DNA of 35,415 bases, from positions 1 through 35,415 of IMG/VR virus record IMGVR_UViG_3300001866_000285. One strand, 5' to 3'. Position 1 is the stretch's first letter, and each line of letters starts with the position of its first letter. The notes beneath the pieces were generated by a model. The model was not told the origin of the DNA. It made no database searches and saw only the letters and a program-made list of their open reading frames with translations. Position numbers and translations under genes: made by a program. The stretch comes from a virus. Lineage: Duplodnaviria; Caudoviricetes. Positions 18,693 to 27,714 of the stretch are shown piece by piece.

Positions 18693-20416
18693 GACCGCCC
18701 ACCTTTCAGCCATTCAGTGGCTTTATTCGCTTTCTCAAGGTTCTCCAGCATGCGGATAGCCCCGAATACTGCAACGTCAAAAATATCTATTCTTAAATTT
18801 GGCAGAACCTTTTCGTACTGAATCATGTCATCTGTCTTCTCTATTCCCCGGACGTTCTGAACACAATACTCAAATGCCCCGGAATGAAGGTAATAGAAAT
18901 TGCCGTCCTTGGCAGACTTCTCGATCCGGCGAAAGCCCTCGGACTTCTTATAGAAGTATTGGGGCTGATCTACCATCTTGAAGCCTTTTTTCTTCATGCC
19001 CAGGTAGAATTCGCGGCTGAATTTACGATCAAAGCCAACCGAGTGGATCTTGAAACCCATTTGCTTCATAGCCCAGAACCAGTTAATAATGTCGGCATAA
19101 TTTACGGTTGGGCTATTGCACATATCCAACCATCCATCGTCTTTCCAACCAAATAGGGGAATGTTGTCTTCATCAGCTTTTTTAGCTGCAGCCACAATCG
19201 GAAACCATGCGTGAGTTATCGCAATATCTACGCCCTTATAGCATCCATAAAGACCGGATGCGGTTAAATCATGCATCTTAGATAGATCTCCGCTGCCAAA
19301 CCATTCAATCGGTAACCTGGCCAGTTCCGTCAATGTCCATTTATATTTCTTGTCAGAGGCTCGGAACTCTTCAATGTTGAAATAGGCCTTCATAGCAGCT
19401 GTATATATGTTCAGGGATTTGGCTAAAAAGTCTTTACGTTGCTGCGGATCGTTCTGAGCATCCAAAGCATCATTCATAATATCATCGGGCCGAATTGTAA
19501 TACCGTAGTTTGGGTTGGCCTTTTCATGCTGAATCGGGCTGGTATAATCTACATCCCCGTTTTCATCTTGCTCGGCTCGGCATATGAAAACAAAATAGGC
19601 CTCAGCCTTTACGGTACCGGCCAGGATCTTCAAGCAGTACTGTAATCGCTGATAGCAAAACGAGGTCATATCGTCTCCGGCAGTAGTAATCCCGATCATC
19701 AATTTGTTACTGTAGGCCTTCATGGCCTCTTTGATGATGTTGTACTGCTTAGGATTCTTGTAAGCATGCATTTCATCGGCTATGCCTACGTTGCAGTTTA
19801 GACTGTCCTGCTTATCCGGGTTGGCAGCCAGGGCCTTTATGTATATTGCACCGTCGCCCAGATTTCCGCTAATACTGTGTTCCTGGTTGTTGTCCAATAC
19901 GCGGAAGTTTTCTTTTTCGCCCAGCTGATCAAGATTAAAGAGGATGAAATTGAAACTCTGCAATGACTGCTCCAGCACTGCGCTGGTGATGTATATCTTT
20001 GAACCTGACTTCCGGTTGAGTAATGACAATGCCCAGGACAACGCCGCTACAAACCGAGTCTTACCATTCTTGCGCGGTATGTATATAAAGGCCTCTTTAT
20101 AACGTCTGAGTTTTGTTCCAGCATGATAAAAGCCCAGAAGATTATATACGATGAACTTTTGCCAGGGCTCCAATAAAAAGGGTTCACCCCTTAAAGGTGA
20201 ACCATCCAGTTTTTCGCCCTGGTCATGGACGAAGGTTTTTTCAATTATTCCGATTACAAATTCAGCATCTTTCGGGTTAAAGTCATATAGCGGATTCTTT
20301 AGGTCATCTAAAAATCTTTGGCAACATTGTATTTGTTCATTACAGGCTATTTTCCGGACTTCTACAATGCTATTGGCATACTCTATTACGGTATCATAGT
20401 TTTGGTATTTCTTCAC
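18689..20416 (-). CDS. terL: Terminase large subunit
   Basis: LEPWQKF, PRKNGKT Walker A, IADEMH Walker [21 protein letters not shown]. Confidence 0.95.
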   Translation of the reverse strand: MKKYQNYDTVIEYANSIVEVRKIACNEQIQCCQRFLDDLKNPLYDFNPKDAEFVIGIIEKTFVHDQGEKLDGSPLRGEPFLLEPWQKFIVYNLLGFYHAGTKLRRYKEAFIYIPRKNGKTRFVAALSWALSLLNRKSGSKIYITSAVLEQSLQSFNFILFNLDQLGEKENFRVLDNNQEHSISGNLGDGAIYIKALAANPDKQDSLNCNVGIADEMHAYKNPKQYNIIKEAMKAYSNKLMIGITTAGDDMTSFCYQRLQYCLKILAGTVKAEAYFVFICRAEQDENGDVDYTSPIQHEKANPNYGITIRPDDIMNDALDAQNDPQQRKDFLAKSLNIYTAAMKAYFNIEEFRASDKKYKWTLTELARLPIEWFGSGDLSKMHDLTASGLYGCYKGVDIAITHAWFPIVAAAKKADEDNIPLFGWKDDGWLDMCNSPTVNYADIINWFWAMKQMGFKIHSVGFDRKFSREFYLGMKKKGFKMVDQPQYFYKKSEGFRRIEKSAKDGNFYYLHSGAFEYCVQNVRGIEKTDDMIQYEKVLPNLRIDIFDVAVFGAIRMLENLEKANKATEWLKGGRS

Positions 20417-20766
20417 TGCAGATCTCGTAAGGCCTCAGCTAGTTTTGAAATGGGCTTGGTCTCAGGTGTTACAGACTCCAGCGATCTGGGATTCAAGCAT
20501 AGCCGGTCAGAGTATGCCAGGATATCTTTACGGAGTGCTTCGAGCGTGGCCACGATGGGTGCTTTTTTATATCCACCATCCGCTGTGGTCTCCTGAAACT
20601 TATAATCGCTATCCGCAAATTTTTGCATGATTATGCCATATTGTTCAACAAGCTCAGAATATATATCAATCATCCTGTTGTACTGCGGTTTATAGATTCC
20701 GAGCTTTTTCATGTCTGCGATTGTCGCATTCTTGATCGTTCCCTTTTTTGCGGTCTTCGCGGCCAC
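20413..20766 (-). CDS. terS: Terminase small subunit (P27-like)
   Basis: Overlaps terL start; LCLNPRS motif; GGAGG RBS. Confidence 0.85.
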   Translation of the reverse strand: MAAKTAKKGTIKNATIADMKKLGIYKPQYNRMIDIYSELVEQYGIIMQKFADSDYKFQETTADGGYKKAPIVATLEALRKDILAYSDRLCLNPRSLESVTPETKPISKLAEALRDLQ

Positions 20767-20794
20767 CTTCTCACCTCCCGAAAAAAATTTTCAG

Positions 20795-20872
20795 AACTTG
20801 CTCTATTGGAAAGAGTTCCCTTAGCCCGGTCCCCTCTTCTTTAGAATTTGACCCTCGGGGTGGGGGGGATGC
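20795..20872 (-). other. Putative cos packaging region
   Basis: Non-coding gap between HNH and terS with CCCCCCCACCCC ... GGGGACCGG ... GGGAACTCTTTCC, the layout usual for HNH-TerS cos phages; exact nick sites not determinable. Confidence 0.5.
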
Positions 20873-21199
20873 CTACCATGCCTGGGCCCCGTATTGTTCT
20901 ATCCATTCCTGACCCTTATCGCCCAGGCGCTTGACCCACTCCAAACCCATGGGCGTGAGTTGGTTGGTATCTCGATCATGCATCTTGTTATGACACTGGC
21001 CGCATAGGCTGACCAGGTTAATACCTATCAATGCCAGGGCCTTGTTAAACAACAGGCACCAGTTCAGTGGTATAATGTGGTGCACTGTAGTCGCCGCCGT
21101 GCTTCTGCCGTATCTCTTGCATTCCTGGCAGAGGTATTCATCACGGCGTAAAATCTTTGGTTGCTTTGTTCTCCATTGTTTGGATTTATAAAAATTCAT
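20873..21199 (-). CDS. Terminase-associated HNH endonuclease (HK97 gp74-like)
   Basis: RDEYLCQEC, VHHI, NLVSLCGQCHNKMH; directly upstream of terS. Confidence 0.92.
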   Translation of the reverse strand: MNFYKSKQWRTKQPKILRRDEYLCQECKRYGRSTAATTVHHIIPLNWCLLFNKALALIGINLVSLCGQCHNKMHDRDTNQLTPMGLEWVKRLGDKGQEWIEQYGAQAW

Positions 21200-21200
21200 A

Positions 21201-21419
21201 TCAATCCTGATCCCTAATGGCCGTCAGCTTGGCAACATACTCCATCCTGATATCCCCCGATATTCTGGTATCTAGAACAAGTTCACCAATGACAGAAAAT
21301 ACAGCCTTAAAAGCTTCTAGGCCTTTAATCTCAACCTGAACATTTAGCCCTTTAATGCGCTGCAGAGGCGGTGGATCTGGAGCCTTTGCTGGCGGTAAGC
21401 TTTTAGAACTTGTTTCCAT
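21201..21419 (-). CDS. Hypothetical 72-aa protein
   Basis: GGAGG before ATG 21419; stop abuts HNH start. Confidence 0.65.
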   Translation of the reverse strand: METSSKSLPPAKAPDPPPLQRIKGLNVQVEIKGLEAFKAVFSVIGELVLDTRISGDIRMEYVAKLTAIRDQD

Positions 21420-21519
21420 GTTTAATCCTCCAATCTTAAACCTCTTGTTGCTCTGCATCGCCGAGACCGAAAAGTATGCCTGGCTTACCTTCTTCTTTAC
21501 TGGCGGGGAGGTGACGTCC

Positions 21520-21570
21520 ATGAAAGCAATAATTATAATCTTCTTCATTCGTCTGGCAAAAATGAAGTAA
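21520..21570 (+). CDS. 16-aa hydrophobic peptide MKAIIIIFFIRLAKMK, type I toxin-like
   Basis: GGGGAGGTGA RBS, upstream anti-SD sequence, terminator immediately downstream. Confidence 0.5.
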   Translation: MKAIIIIFFIRLAKMK

Positions 21571-21580
21571 GTAGCAATCA

Positions 21581-21619
21581 CAAAAAAGCGCCAATCCTCA
21601 ATGGATTGGCGCTTTTTTG
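21581..21619. terminator. Bidirectional intrinsic terminator
   Basis: CAAAAAAGCGCCAATCC-TCAAT-GGATTGGCGCTTTTTTG, perfect 17-bp inverted repeat. Confidence 0.88.
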
Positions 21620-21639
21620 CATGCCCTTTAGGGGGATGC

Positions 21640-22122
21640 TTATTGTTCTTTTAATATTCGAACCATCTCGATTATCGCTTTAGAATAATCTGATTCCCAA
21701 TATGGGTTACCATCTTTTGCGTAATCAAATTCAATTGTATACCCATCATAAAAGGTAACCTTGGCAACATTTTTAGCGTCGGTATAATCTGATAGTTCAC
21801 ACTTGATATTTATATTTGAAATGTCCGATTTTTTCTTAATTATAGTTTCCAGTGTTTTGCCACCATCTAGTGCTTTAGCAATTATGATTTGCGAACTTGT
21901 TGTAATTACAACAATGCAAACCATATCTGGATTGTTTATAGCAGTGTCAAATTCATCAATTGCCAACATTCCTTTGGGATATATAAATGTAATATTTTCA
22001 TCACCAATAAAAGTTGATAATCTTTCAAGTATTCGGTGTGCGCATTTATGATTTGGCTTATTATATACACTTTCTCTAATAAAACGTCTAAAACTCACTA
22101 TATCAAATAAGTCCGACCCCAT
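21640..22122 (-). CDS. Hypothetical 160-aa AT-rich moron protein (possibly DUF3908-like)
   Basis: GGAGGG RBS before ATG 22122; IYPKG and C-terminal D.N..W motif recall DUF3908 (from memory, unverified). Confidence 0.7.
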   Translation of the reverse strand: MGSDLFDIVSFRRFIRESVYNKPNHKCAHRILERLSTFIGDENITFIYPKGMLAIDEFDTAINNPDMVCIVVITTSSQIIIAKALDGGKTLETIIKKKSDISNINIKCELSDYTDAKNVAKVTFYDGYTIEFDYAKDGNPYWESDYSKAIIEMVRILKEQ

Positions 22123-22229
22123 ATAAATTACCCTCCGTTTTATTTCTATTCTACCATAGCCTACCATGTAAAGCAGGAGTATACTTTTACTTGAGTGGGA
22201 GAGATGATTTTTTCGAAGGAGGTAAACCA

Positions 22230-22421
22230 ATGGCAAAAGACGATCTTTTAAAGCCAGGAAACATAACACCAGATTCTGGCCAGTATGGTATAGTTGGTCC
22301 ACGTGGTGGTAAAACCGAATACGGTGAGGTTACATCAGTTAAGAACAAACCATTGCCACCTACCCCCGAACCCGGACTTAAGTATAAACCAGTCGACATG
22401 ACTAAACACGGGAAAAAATAG
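22230..22421 (+). CDS. YjzC-like small protein
   Basis: AAGGAGG RBS; KPG..TPDSGQY..VGPRGG and PLPPTP motifs. Confidence 0.8.
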   Translation: MAKDDLLKPGNITPDSGQYGIVGPRGGKTEYGEVTSVKNKPLPPTPEPGLKYKPVDMTKHGKK

Positions 22422-22491
22422 GCTTCTCTCCCGCTCATAACTAAAGCCCCCGGTCACCCGGAGGCCTGAACGCAATTTTTCTATCATAAAA

Positions 22492-22550
22492 ATCATATCA
22501 GAGTTAAATGGCAAGTTACAAGGACACGTTTTGGACACGCTAAATGGACA
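22492..22550 (-). promoter_or_regulatory. Putative late promoter with activator-binding direct repeats
   Basis: TGTCC, CGTGTCC, CGTGTCC right after the activator stop, then TTGTAA-18-TATGAT with extended TG. Confidence 0.6.
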
Positions 22551-23108
22551 TCATACTGCATTGGTACCATAAAGCCTTACCGCTATTCTACGCACCAATC
22601 TACCGCGGTTTCTTCTCACTGTTCGTGTTTCACAATCCAATGATTCTGCGATATCTTCATCAGACTTTGATTCAAAATACCTACCCGAAACAGACAGATA
22701 ATATGGATCGCTTGTCAAGGGGGCAAGTGCCTCATCCAATGTCTTAATTTCAAATTCATCTGCAGCAATCGATGCCCTCAGGTCCTGGGCCAGAGCCTCC
22801 AGTAGTTCTTCAGGTTCCAATCGGCAGCCGCTGCGCTGGAATCTGGCAATATCTTTGCTCCGCTTAGGCAACCCTTCAGTCAATATCGTTCTCACATATT
22901 CCTTATCCCTGGTCACCTTGTCTTTTAGATCCGGGAGGGCATAAAGTCTTCGCTCAGTTGTTTTATATATATCCTCTGGAGACTTCGCGACTTGGGTACG
23001 GCCAACTTCGATGGCCTTGGCCACAGCATTTTCAACCGCTTTATTGATAACGGCCTCGATATCAATTATATTGTTAGTGCTTTCAGATATTACCTGCTTC
23101 TTGCCCAA
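22551..23108 (-). CDS. Late transcription activator (ArpU/RinA-like, sigma70 region 4-type HTH)
   Basis: Last early gene; RYFESKSDEDIAESLDCETRTVRRNR HTH; TTG 23108 follows AAGGAGG. Confidence 0.8.
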   Translation of the reverse strand: MGKKQVISESTNNIIDIEAVINKAVENAVAKAIEVGRTQVAKSPEDIYKTTERRLYALPDLKDKVTRDKEYVRTILTEGLPKRSKDIARFQRSGCRLEPEELLEALAQDLRASIAADEFEIKTLDEALAPLTSDPYYLSVSGRYFESKSDEDIAESLDCETRTVRRNRGRLVRRIAVRLYGTNAV

Positions 23109-23203
23109 CCCTAACCCCTCCTTTATGTGATTTTTCCGTGATGTAACAACATTTATCTTCTTTGACAAAACCGTTCAAACAGAATAACCTATTGTTAGGT
23201 TCA

Positions 23204-23395
23204 CTAGTCCCTCTCATCTTGGGCAATTGCAGCCCTGTGATCATGGACTATTTTTGGACCTGTGAAAGCCTGATGTGGAGGGATACCTGGCAATTGGAGC
23301 CGGGCAAGCTGCCATTTTTCAGGCTTTTTTAATCCCTTCATGTGATTTAGCACGGTTCGTTCCTCTGGAGGAGTAATTCTTTTTAAAATACGCAT
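23204..23395 (-). CDS. Hypothetical 63-aa basic protein
   Basis: Co-oriented in early operon; ATG overlaps stop of a short upstream ORF. Confidence 0.5.
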   Translation of the reverse strand: MRILKRITPPEERTVLNHMKGLKKPEKWQLARLQLPGIPPHQAFTGPKIVHDHRAAIAQDERD

Positions 23396-23635
23396 TACTT
23401 CCGGCGCTTATATTCGGGTATTAAGCCCCCGGCTGAGCCCCAACAACAATCAAATGTTCTGCCCAGTTTAAGCGCCTCCACAATTGGTATATAATCTTAT
23501 TGGAAGAGTCCGTTAGTATCGGGTCGCTTTGGGCGTTAAGATCAGAGGGTGCGTTTTGTGCTGCACTGACCCCCCGAAAGGACTCTTCTCAATTTTCCTT
23601 GCTGCGCATCTATACCATGAAATCCCTCAAATCAT

Positions 23636-23860
23636 TTACAAACATGCCGCAATTGGCCCTCTTACCGGTTCAGCATCATCCATTGCTTGTTTTAAGGCTT
23701 TTATTTGAGCCTGACTCAAGGTCAGCAGCAGGGCACTCTCCTCTTCCTTGCCCACATCCTGCCCGATAATTACAGTGGTTTCTCCCGAGACCAACGGCAT
23801 AACAACAATTTCACAGTCGACAATGCCGGCGAAGTTATGCAATCCGTATCTCTCGCTCAT
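23636..23860 (-). CDS. Hypothetical 74-aa protein
   Basis: ATGA overlap with helicase stop; GAGGAGG RBS. Confidence 0.65.
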   Translation of the reverse strand: MSERYGLHNFAGIVDCEIVVMPLVSGETTVIIGQDVGKEEESALLLTLSQAQIKALKQAMDDAEPVRGPIAACL

Positions 23861-25233
23861 AAAGGCATTTCCTCCTCTCCAACATACCGGCCAACATCGG
23901 CCCATTTATCTTCTTTCCGGGTAGCACTGACTATCCTTTGAACCGGCTTATCATAGTGCAGCGCAATGTTTTTATCCGGCTCACCATCACGATTCTTCTG
24001 CACATATAATTTGTAATTGGCATTGATAAACCGCGGATCGTACTTCTCTTCTTTTTCGGCTTTATCCAGCGGCGCCAGTTTTAACAGCAGGTCGCACTCG
24101 TTTTCGATTCTTTTGGATCCCTGGAGAGTGCCATCTGGATTAAGCTGGGCCAAAACCAATACTGGTATCATTAATTCCTGCGCCAACAGTTTCATGGACT
24201 TGGCTACCTGCTCTAGTACCTGCCATTCTTGAAGCTTATGGTCCTGCTTGTCCATACGACCGACATAGTCAACTATGATCATCTCCACTTTGTGCTGAAT
24301 CTTTGCCCTCTTGGCATGCATAACACATCTGACCGGAGTTAAATGCGGTGAATAGCTGTGAATGAAGCCAGATCGTGCGATAGAGTTTATTGCTTTGTTC
24401 AACCGGATCTGGTCATCAGGACCCAAATTGCCTTCTCTTATTGCCCGATAGGGTACACCAGAAATAACCCCTGCTAGCCTTTGATGCACTACCTCCTTGG
24501 TCATTTCTGTGTTGGTATATAACAGTGGCTTACCCTGGTCTATTGTTATGTTTTTGGCCGTCTGGAGAGCAAAGGCCGTTTTGCCTTTTCCGGTCTGTGC
24601 GGCCAGTATGATCAGATCCCCGCCCTTATATCCCAGCGTCAATTGATCTAATTGCGAAAATCCCGTAGAAACCCCTTCAATTATCGGTTCGCCATTAACG
24701 ACAGACGCCTGGTACCGCTCTATTTTTTTATCCATCAGTTCCAGGAGATTCCGGGCTATCTGCTGGCCGTCCTCAAAATCGTCCCTTACCCGGCCAATAT
24801 CAATCTGAGATAAATCCCGGATTGCTCCGGCCAGGGTATCATCTATTCCGTTACTGCCGTTATCAGCCAAGGTAGCCAGACATTTTGTCAGCACCGAATA
24901 ACAAACGCGAGCCTTTGAACTGGCTATGACTTTATCAATCCAATATTGGATCTCGCTTTTATCCGCGTATTCCTGAAAAACATCATGGATATCCCTTAGT
25001 TGGCCGGTTGACTCATATAGACCATAGACCGCACTCTCTTTAAGAATGGTCCCATAAGTGGGGAATACGCCCTGCGTGTAGATGGCCACTATTAGATTAA
25101 AAAGTTCCCGGTGCAATTGTTCCGAAAAGTCATCAGGAGTAAGTTGACTAATTACCTCAATACATGATTCTTCTGAAATGGCGGCACCTGATAATACTTT
25201 TCGTTCACTCTGAACATCGGTCAATGATAACAA
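23857..25233 (-). CDS. dnaB: Replicative DNA helicase, DnaB-like (phage)
   Basis: GVSTGFSQLD, AAQTGKGKT, TEM, IVDY, LAQLN, KNRDG. Confidence 0.93.
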   Translation of the reverse strand: MLSLTDVQSERKVLSGAAISEESCIEVISQLTPDDFSEQLHRELFNLIVAIYTQGVFPTYGTILKESAVYGLYESTGQLRDIHDVFQEYADKSEIQYWIDKVIASSKARVCYSVLTKCLATLADNGSNGIDDTLAGAIRDLSQIDIGRVRDDFEDGQQIARNLLELMDKKIERYQASVVNGEPIIEGVSTGFSQLDQLTLGYKGGDLIILAAQTGKGKTAFALQTAKNITIDQGKPLLYTNTEMTKEVVHQRLAGVISGVPYRAIREGNLGPDDQIRLNKAINSIARSGFIHSYSPHLTPVRCVMHAKRAKIQHKVEMIIVDYVGRMDKQDHKLQEWQVLEQVAKSMKLLAQELMIPVLVLAQLNPDGTLQGSKRIENECDLLLKLAPLDKAEKEEKYDPRFINANYKLYVQKNRDGEPDKNIALHYDKPVQRIVSATRKEDKWADVGRYVGEEEMPL

Positions 25234-25248
25234 CCTTTCCCCTCCCCT

Positions 25249-26184
25249 CTACATAATCTCTGCATCTTCCCCGATGCAGGACCGTGGCTTATGATCGTCT
25301 GGAGCTCGAGGTTTATGGTTCTTGGCTTTATGTTCTTGATAATTAACCCACTTCTCCCCTTCATCCAGGAAGTCGGGCAAACCGCCCTTACGTTTAAGAA
25401 AGTTGATCAGTGTCCATTTATGGCCGAAATAGTATCCTGGGTCACGATATATTTCCGAATACCTTTCTATGCCCAGCTGCACTAATTCAAGGCCATGCTT
25501 TTTGACTGCAGCATCAATAGCCCTTTTGATATCTGCATTTATTATCCGGTGAACAGTTATCCCCTGTTTATTCCAATGGTCGAAAACGACAATATATATA
25601 TTATTTAAAGAATTATTTAATATATTATTTAAGGGTGCTGCAAGCCCTTGGGAAATGGGCGTTTGAGGCGAACAACAGTTGTCTATTTGATCAACTCGAG
25701 TTGTCTGTTCAATCAACTCCAGTTGATCGTTTAATAAACTGTTGTCTGATTGGTCAACTGTTGTCTGTTTAAACAACTGTTGACTATCCGATAAACTATT
25801 GATTGCTTGGTTATCGTTTTTGGTCCGGAATATGGAAGGATCCCATCGATCGACATGGACATTGAAGGAGTATGTATAGGGGACTGTATTTTTATCCCGG
25901 GTTATAACCCCCCAATTAACTAAATCATTTAGTTTGTGGCTAATGAATGTTTTATCGGTCTGGGTTTCATCAGCAAAAACCTGGTGCGGTATCCGGGCGC
26001 TGGTTTTCCGCTGCTTGTTTTTCTGCTCATGCTTATTATCATGATCTGGCCAGCCATAGGTCTCCATCCATATCACGTCTATCATTGCTCTGTGAGCACC
26101 AGATAGTTTTGTTTTGGCCAATACCCTTAGTGAATCTTTTGCTATGGGAAAACTGCCATTGTCCATGTCAATCTTGGTTATCAC
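25249..26184 (-). CDS. Phage replication initiator (N-terminal winged helix, lambda O-like layout)
   Basis: Upstream of DnaB; ETYGW motif; internal iterons and AT-rich tract; GTG 26184 follows GGAGG. Confidence 0.85.
   Translation of the reverse strand: MITKIDMDNGSFPIAKDSLRVLAKTKLSGAHRAMIDVIWMETYGWPDHDNKHEQKNKQRKTSARIPHQVFADETQTDKTFISHKLNDLVNWGVITRDKNTVPYTYSFNVHVDRWDPSIFRTKNDNQAINSLSDSQQLFKQTTVDQSDNSLLNDQLELIEQTTRVDQIDNCCSPQTPISQGLAAPLNNILNNSLNNIYIVVFDHWNKQGITVHRIINADIKRAIDAAVKKHGLELVQLGIERYSEIYRDPGYYFGHKWTLINFLKRKGGLPDFLDEGEKWVNYQEHKAKNHKPRAPDDHKPRSCIGEDAEIM
25600..25816. repeat. Phage replication origin: 19-bp iterons plus AT-rich repeats
   Basis: GTTG-N10-(C/A)AACT units starting at 25678, 25700, 25722, 25741, 25760, 25779 (degenerate 25798); ATTATTTAA at 25600, 25612, 25624. 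Confidence 0.8.
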
Positions 26185-26206
26185 CTGGCGCACCTCCAGT
26201 TATTTT

Positions 26207-26241
26207 TAAAAGCCCCCCGGAGATGGGGAGACCTCCGGGGG
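26207..26241 (-). terminator. Terminator-like hairpin upstream of replication genes
   Basis: CCCCCGGAG...CTCCGGGGG stem followed by GCTTTT on minus strand. Confidence 0.55.
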
Positions 26242-26281
26242 TATAAGGGAGTTATTGAGCAACCAAACTGCCGTAGGGGAG

Positions 26282-26707
26282 CTACGAACAGTCCAGCATA
26301 CACAGCTGGTTTGACATGTTGTTTCTTTTCTTCCAGGGCGGGTGTATATAGTCATAGGCCCACTTATCTGCAGCCTGCTCGACCCGGGCAATCAATTCCT
26401 TGTCATCACCAAAGATAAGGTCAATTTCTTCACCCGGGCTTAAAAAATCCGAGATAGTACAAAAATGACCAATTTCGTGGGCAAAGACCCATGCCCTTTG
26501 CACCAGGGACAGGCTATCCTCCAGGAGGATTTTGCATTCTCCATCCCGACTGCTGGCGCGTCCCACGAAAGGCTTAATAAAAGTAACCTCATGGACAGAT
26601 ATGCCATCGAGTTCCGCCATCCGGCTTAATTGGTTTATAATCTCGGCCGCTTCTTCCCCGGTTATGTTTAGTAGTAATTCGTCTATAAGTTCCTGCCGAC
26701 GCATCAA
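26282..26707 (-). CDS. ImmA/IrrE-family metallopeptidase
   Basis: R.WVFAHEIGHF (HExxH) and EQAADKWA. Confidence 0.85.
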   Translation of the reverse strand: MMRRQELIDELLLNITGEEAAEIINQLSRMAELDGISVHEVTFIKPFVGRASSRDGECKILLEDSLSLVQRAWVFAHEIGHFCTISDFLSPGEEIDLIFGDDKELIARVEQAADKWAYDYIHPPWKKRNNMSNQLCMLDCS

Positions 26708-27030
26708 TCATCCCTCCTTAAAAAAGCGATCAAGAAGTTAATACCGTCAGCAAAGCCTCTCTCATAGTTGACGCTGGTGGTCTCTCCCTCCATGCTGTCC
26801 CGGATGCCTTCATAAGCCCAAAATAGTGCCCTAGCCTGCTCCTGGTCTTTCAGCAATTCGGTCAGCCTGTTGTTGACGGCCTTCTCTTGCTCACTGAGTT
26901 TTACCTGTCTATCGGACATGGAGTAGGTTTCATAGCCTCCGTACAGGAAATCATCCAAACGCTGCGCGAAATCTTCATCTGGCTTTATCACTGCCCTTAA
27001 AAGGCGATCTATTACTTTTGATTTAGTCAA
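26704..27030 (-). CDS. Small helical protein, paralog 3 (DUF6809-like)
   Basis: C-terminal YERGFADG; GGAGGG RBS. Confidence 0.7.
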   Translation of the reverse strand: MTKSKVIDRLLRAVIKPDEDFAQRLDDFLYGGYETYSMSDRQVKLSEQEKAVNNRLTELLKDQEQARALFWAYEGIRDSMEGETTSVNYERGFADGINFLIAFLRRDD

Positions 27031-27042
27031 AGCTATCCCTCC

Positions 27043-27315
27043 TTACTTCAGAGTTTGGTGGATGAAACGTATTCCATCGCCAAACCCTCGTTCGTAAAAC
27101 AACCGGGTAGCCGTTGCACTGAGCTGCTCCTCATGGATGGCGAATATTTTAAACATTTCTCTTAATTTGTCATTGGGAAGTTCGCGAAGTATTTTGCTAT
27201 ACATTTCATTGGATTCATGTAACATTGCCGAATGCTCACGATTCTCAAGGGGTTCCTCCAGTCGGATAAGGTAAAAAGCCGACAGGTCATCAATAAACTT
27301 AATATTAACGTCCAT
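27043..27315 (-). CDS. Small helical protein, paralog 2 (DUF6809-like)
   Basis: C-terminal YERGFGDG. Confidence 0.7.
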   Translation of the reverse strand: MDVNIKFIDDLSAFYLIRLEEPLENREHSAMLHESNEMYSKILRELPNDKLREMFKIFAIHEEQLSATATRLFYERGFGDGIRFIHQTLK

Positions 27316-27326
27316 GAAAATGCCCC

Positions 27327-27650
27327 CTAACCCATGATGGACTGGATGATCATGCGCACCCCATCCTGAAAACCATTGCGATAGGAAATCATGCTGACAT
27401 TACCAGTAATACCGTTCTTGGCTTCATCGAGCCGAAGAGCAATCTTTTTGATGTCAGGTATATTCATCTCGATCAGGGCATTTATAAGTTGTTCAAAGTC
27501 CCTGTCTCCATCACATTTTTCTGTGGATTCAATCAATGAACTACCCAGTGGATTGTCTATGCGGCGCATCCACAGTTGAGCCAGATCCGAAATAAACGAA
27601 CCGGCAATCATTTCTCCAACACCTTTATCAGTCAATGTGCTTTTAGCCAT
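27327..27650 (-). CDS. Small helical protein, paralog 1 (DUF6809-like)
   Basis: C-terminal YRNGFQDG; GGAG RBS. Confidence 0.7.
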   Translation of the reverse strand: MAKSTLTDKGVGEMIAGSFISDLAQLWMRRIDNPLGSSLIESTEKCDGDRDFEQLINALIEMNIPDIKKIALRLDEAKNGITGNVSMISYRNGFQDGVRMIIQSIMG

Positions 27651-27714
27651 TTACAATCTCTCCCTCCATGTGTTAATTTGTTAATAGCATTTTTGAAAGC
27701 CGCCTCTGGGCGGT

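Noticed and set aside
21355-21581. Long N-terminal versions of the ORFs at 21201-21581 (minus) and 21355-21570 (plus)
   Set aside because: Strong RBS support internal starts at 21419 and 21520 instead
25678-25816. Repeat run as a possible CRISPR array
   Set aside because: Units abut or are 3 nt apart, no spacers, inside the initiator gene; fits iterons
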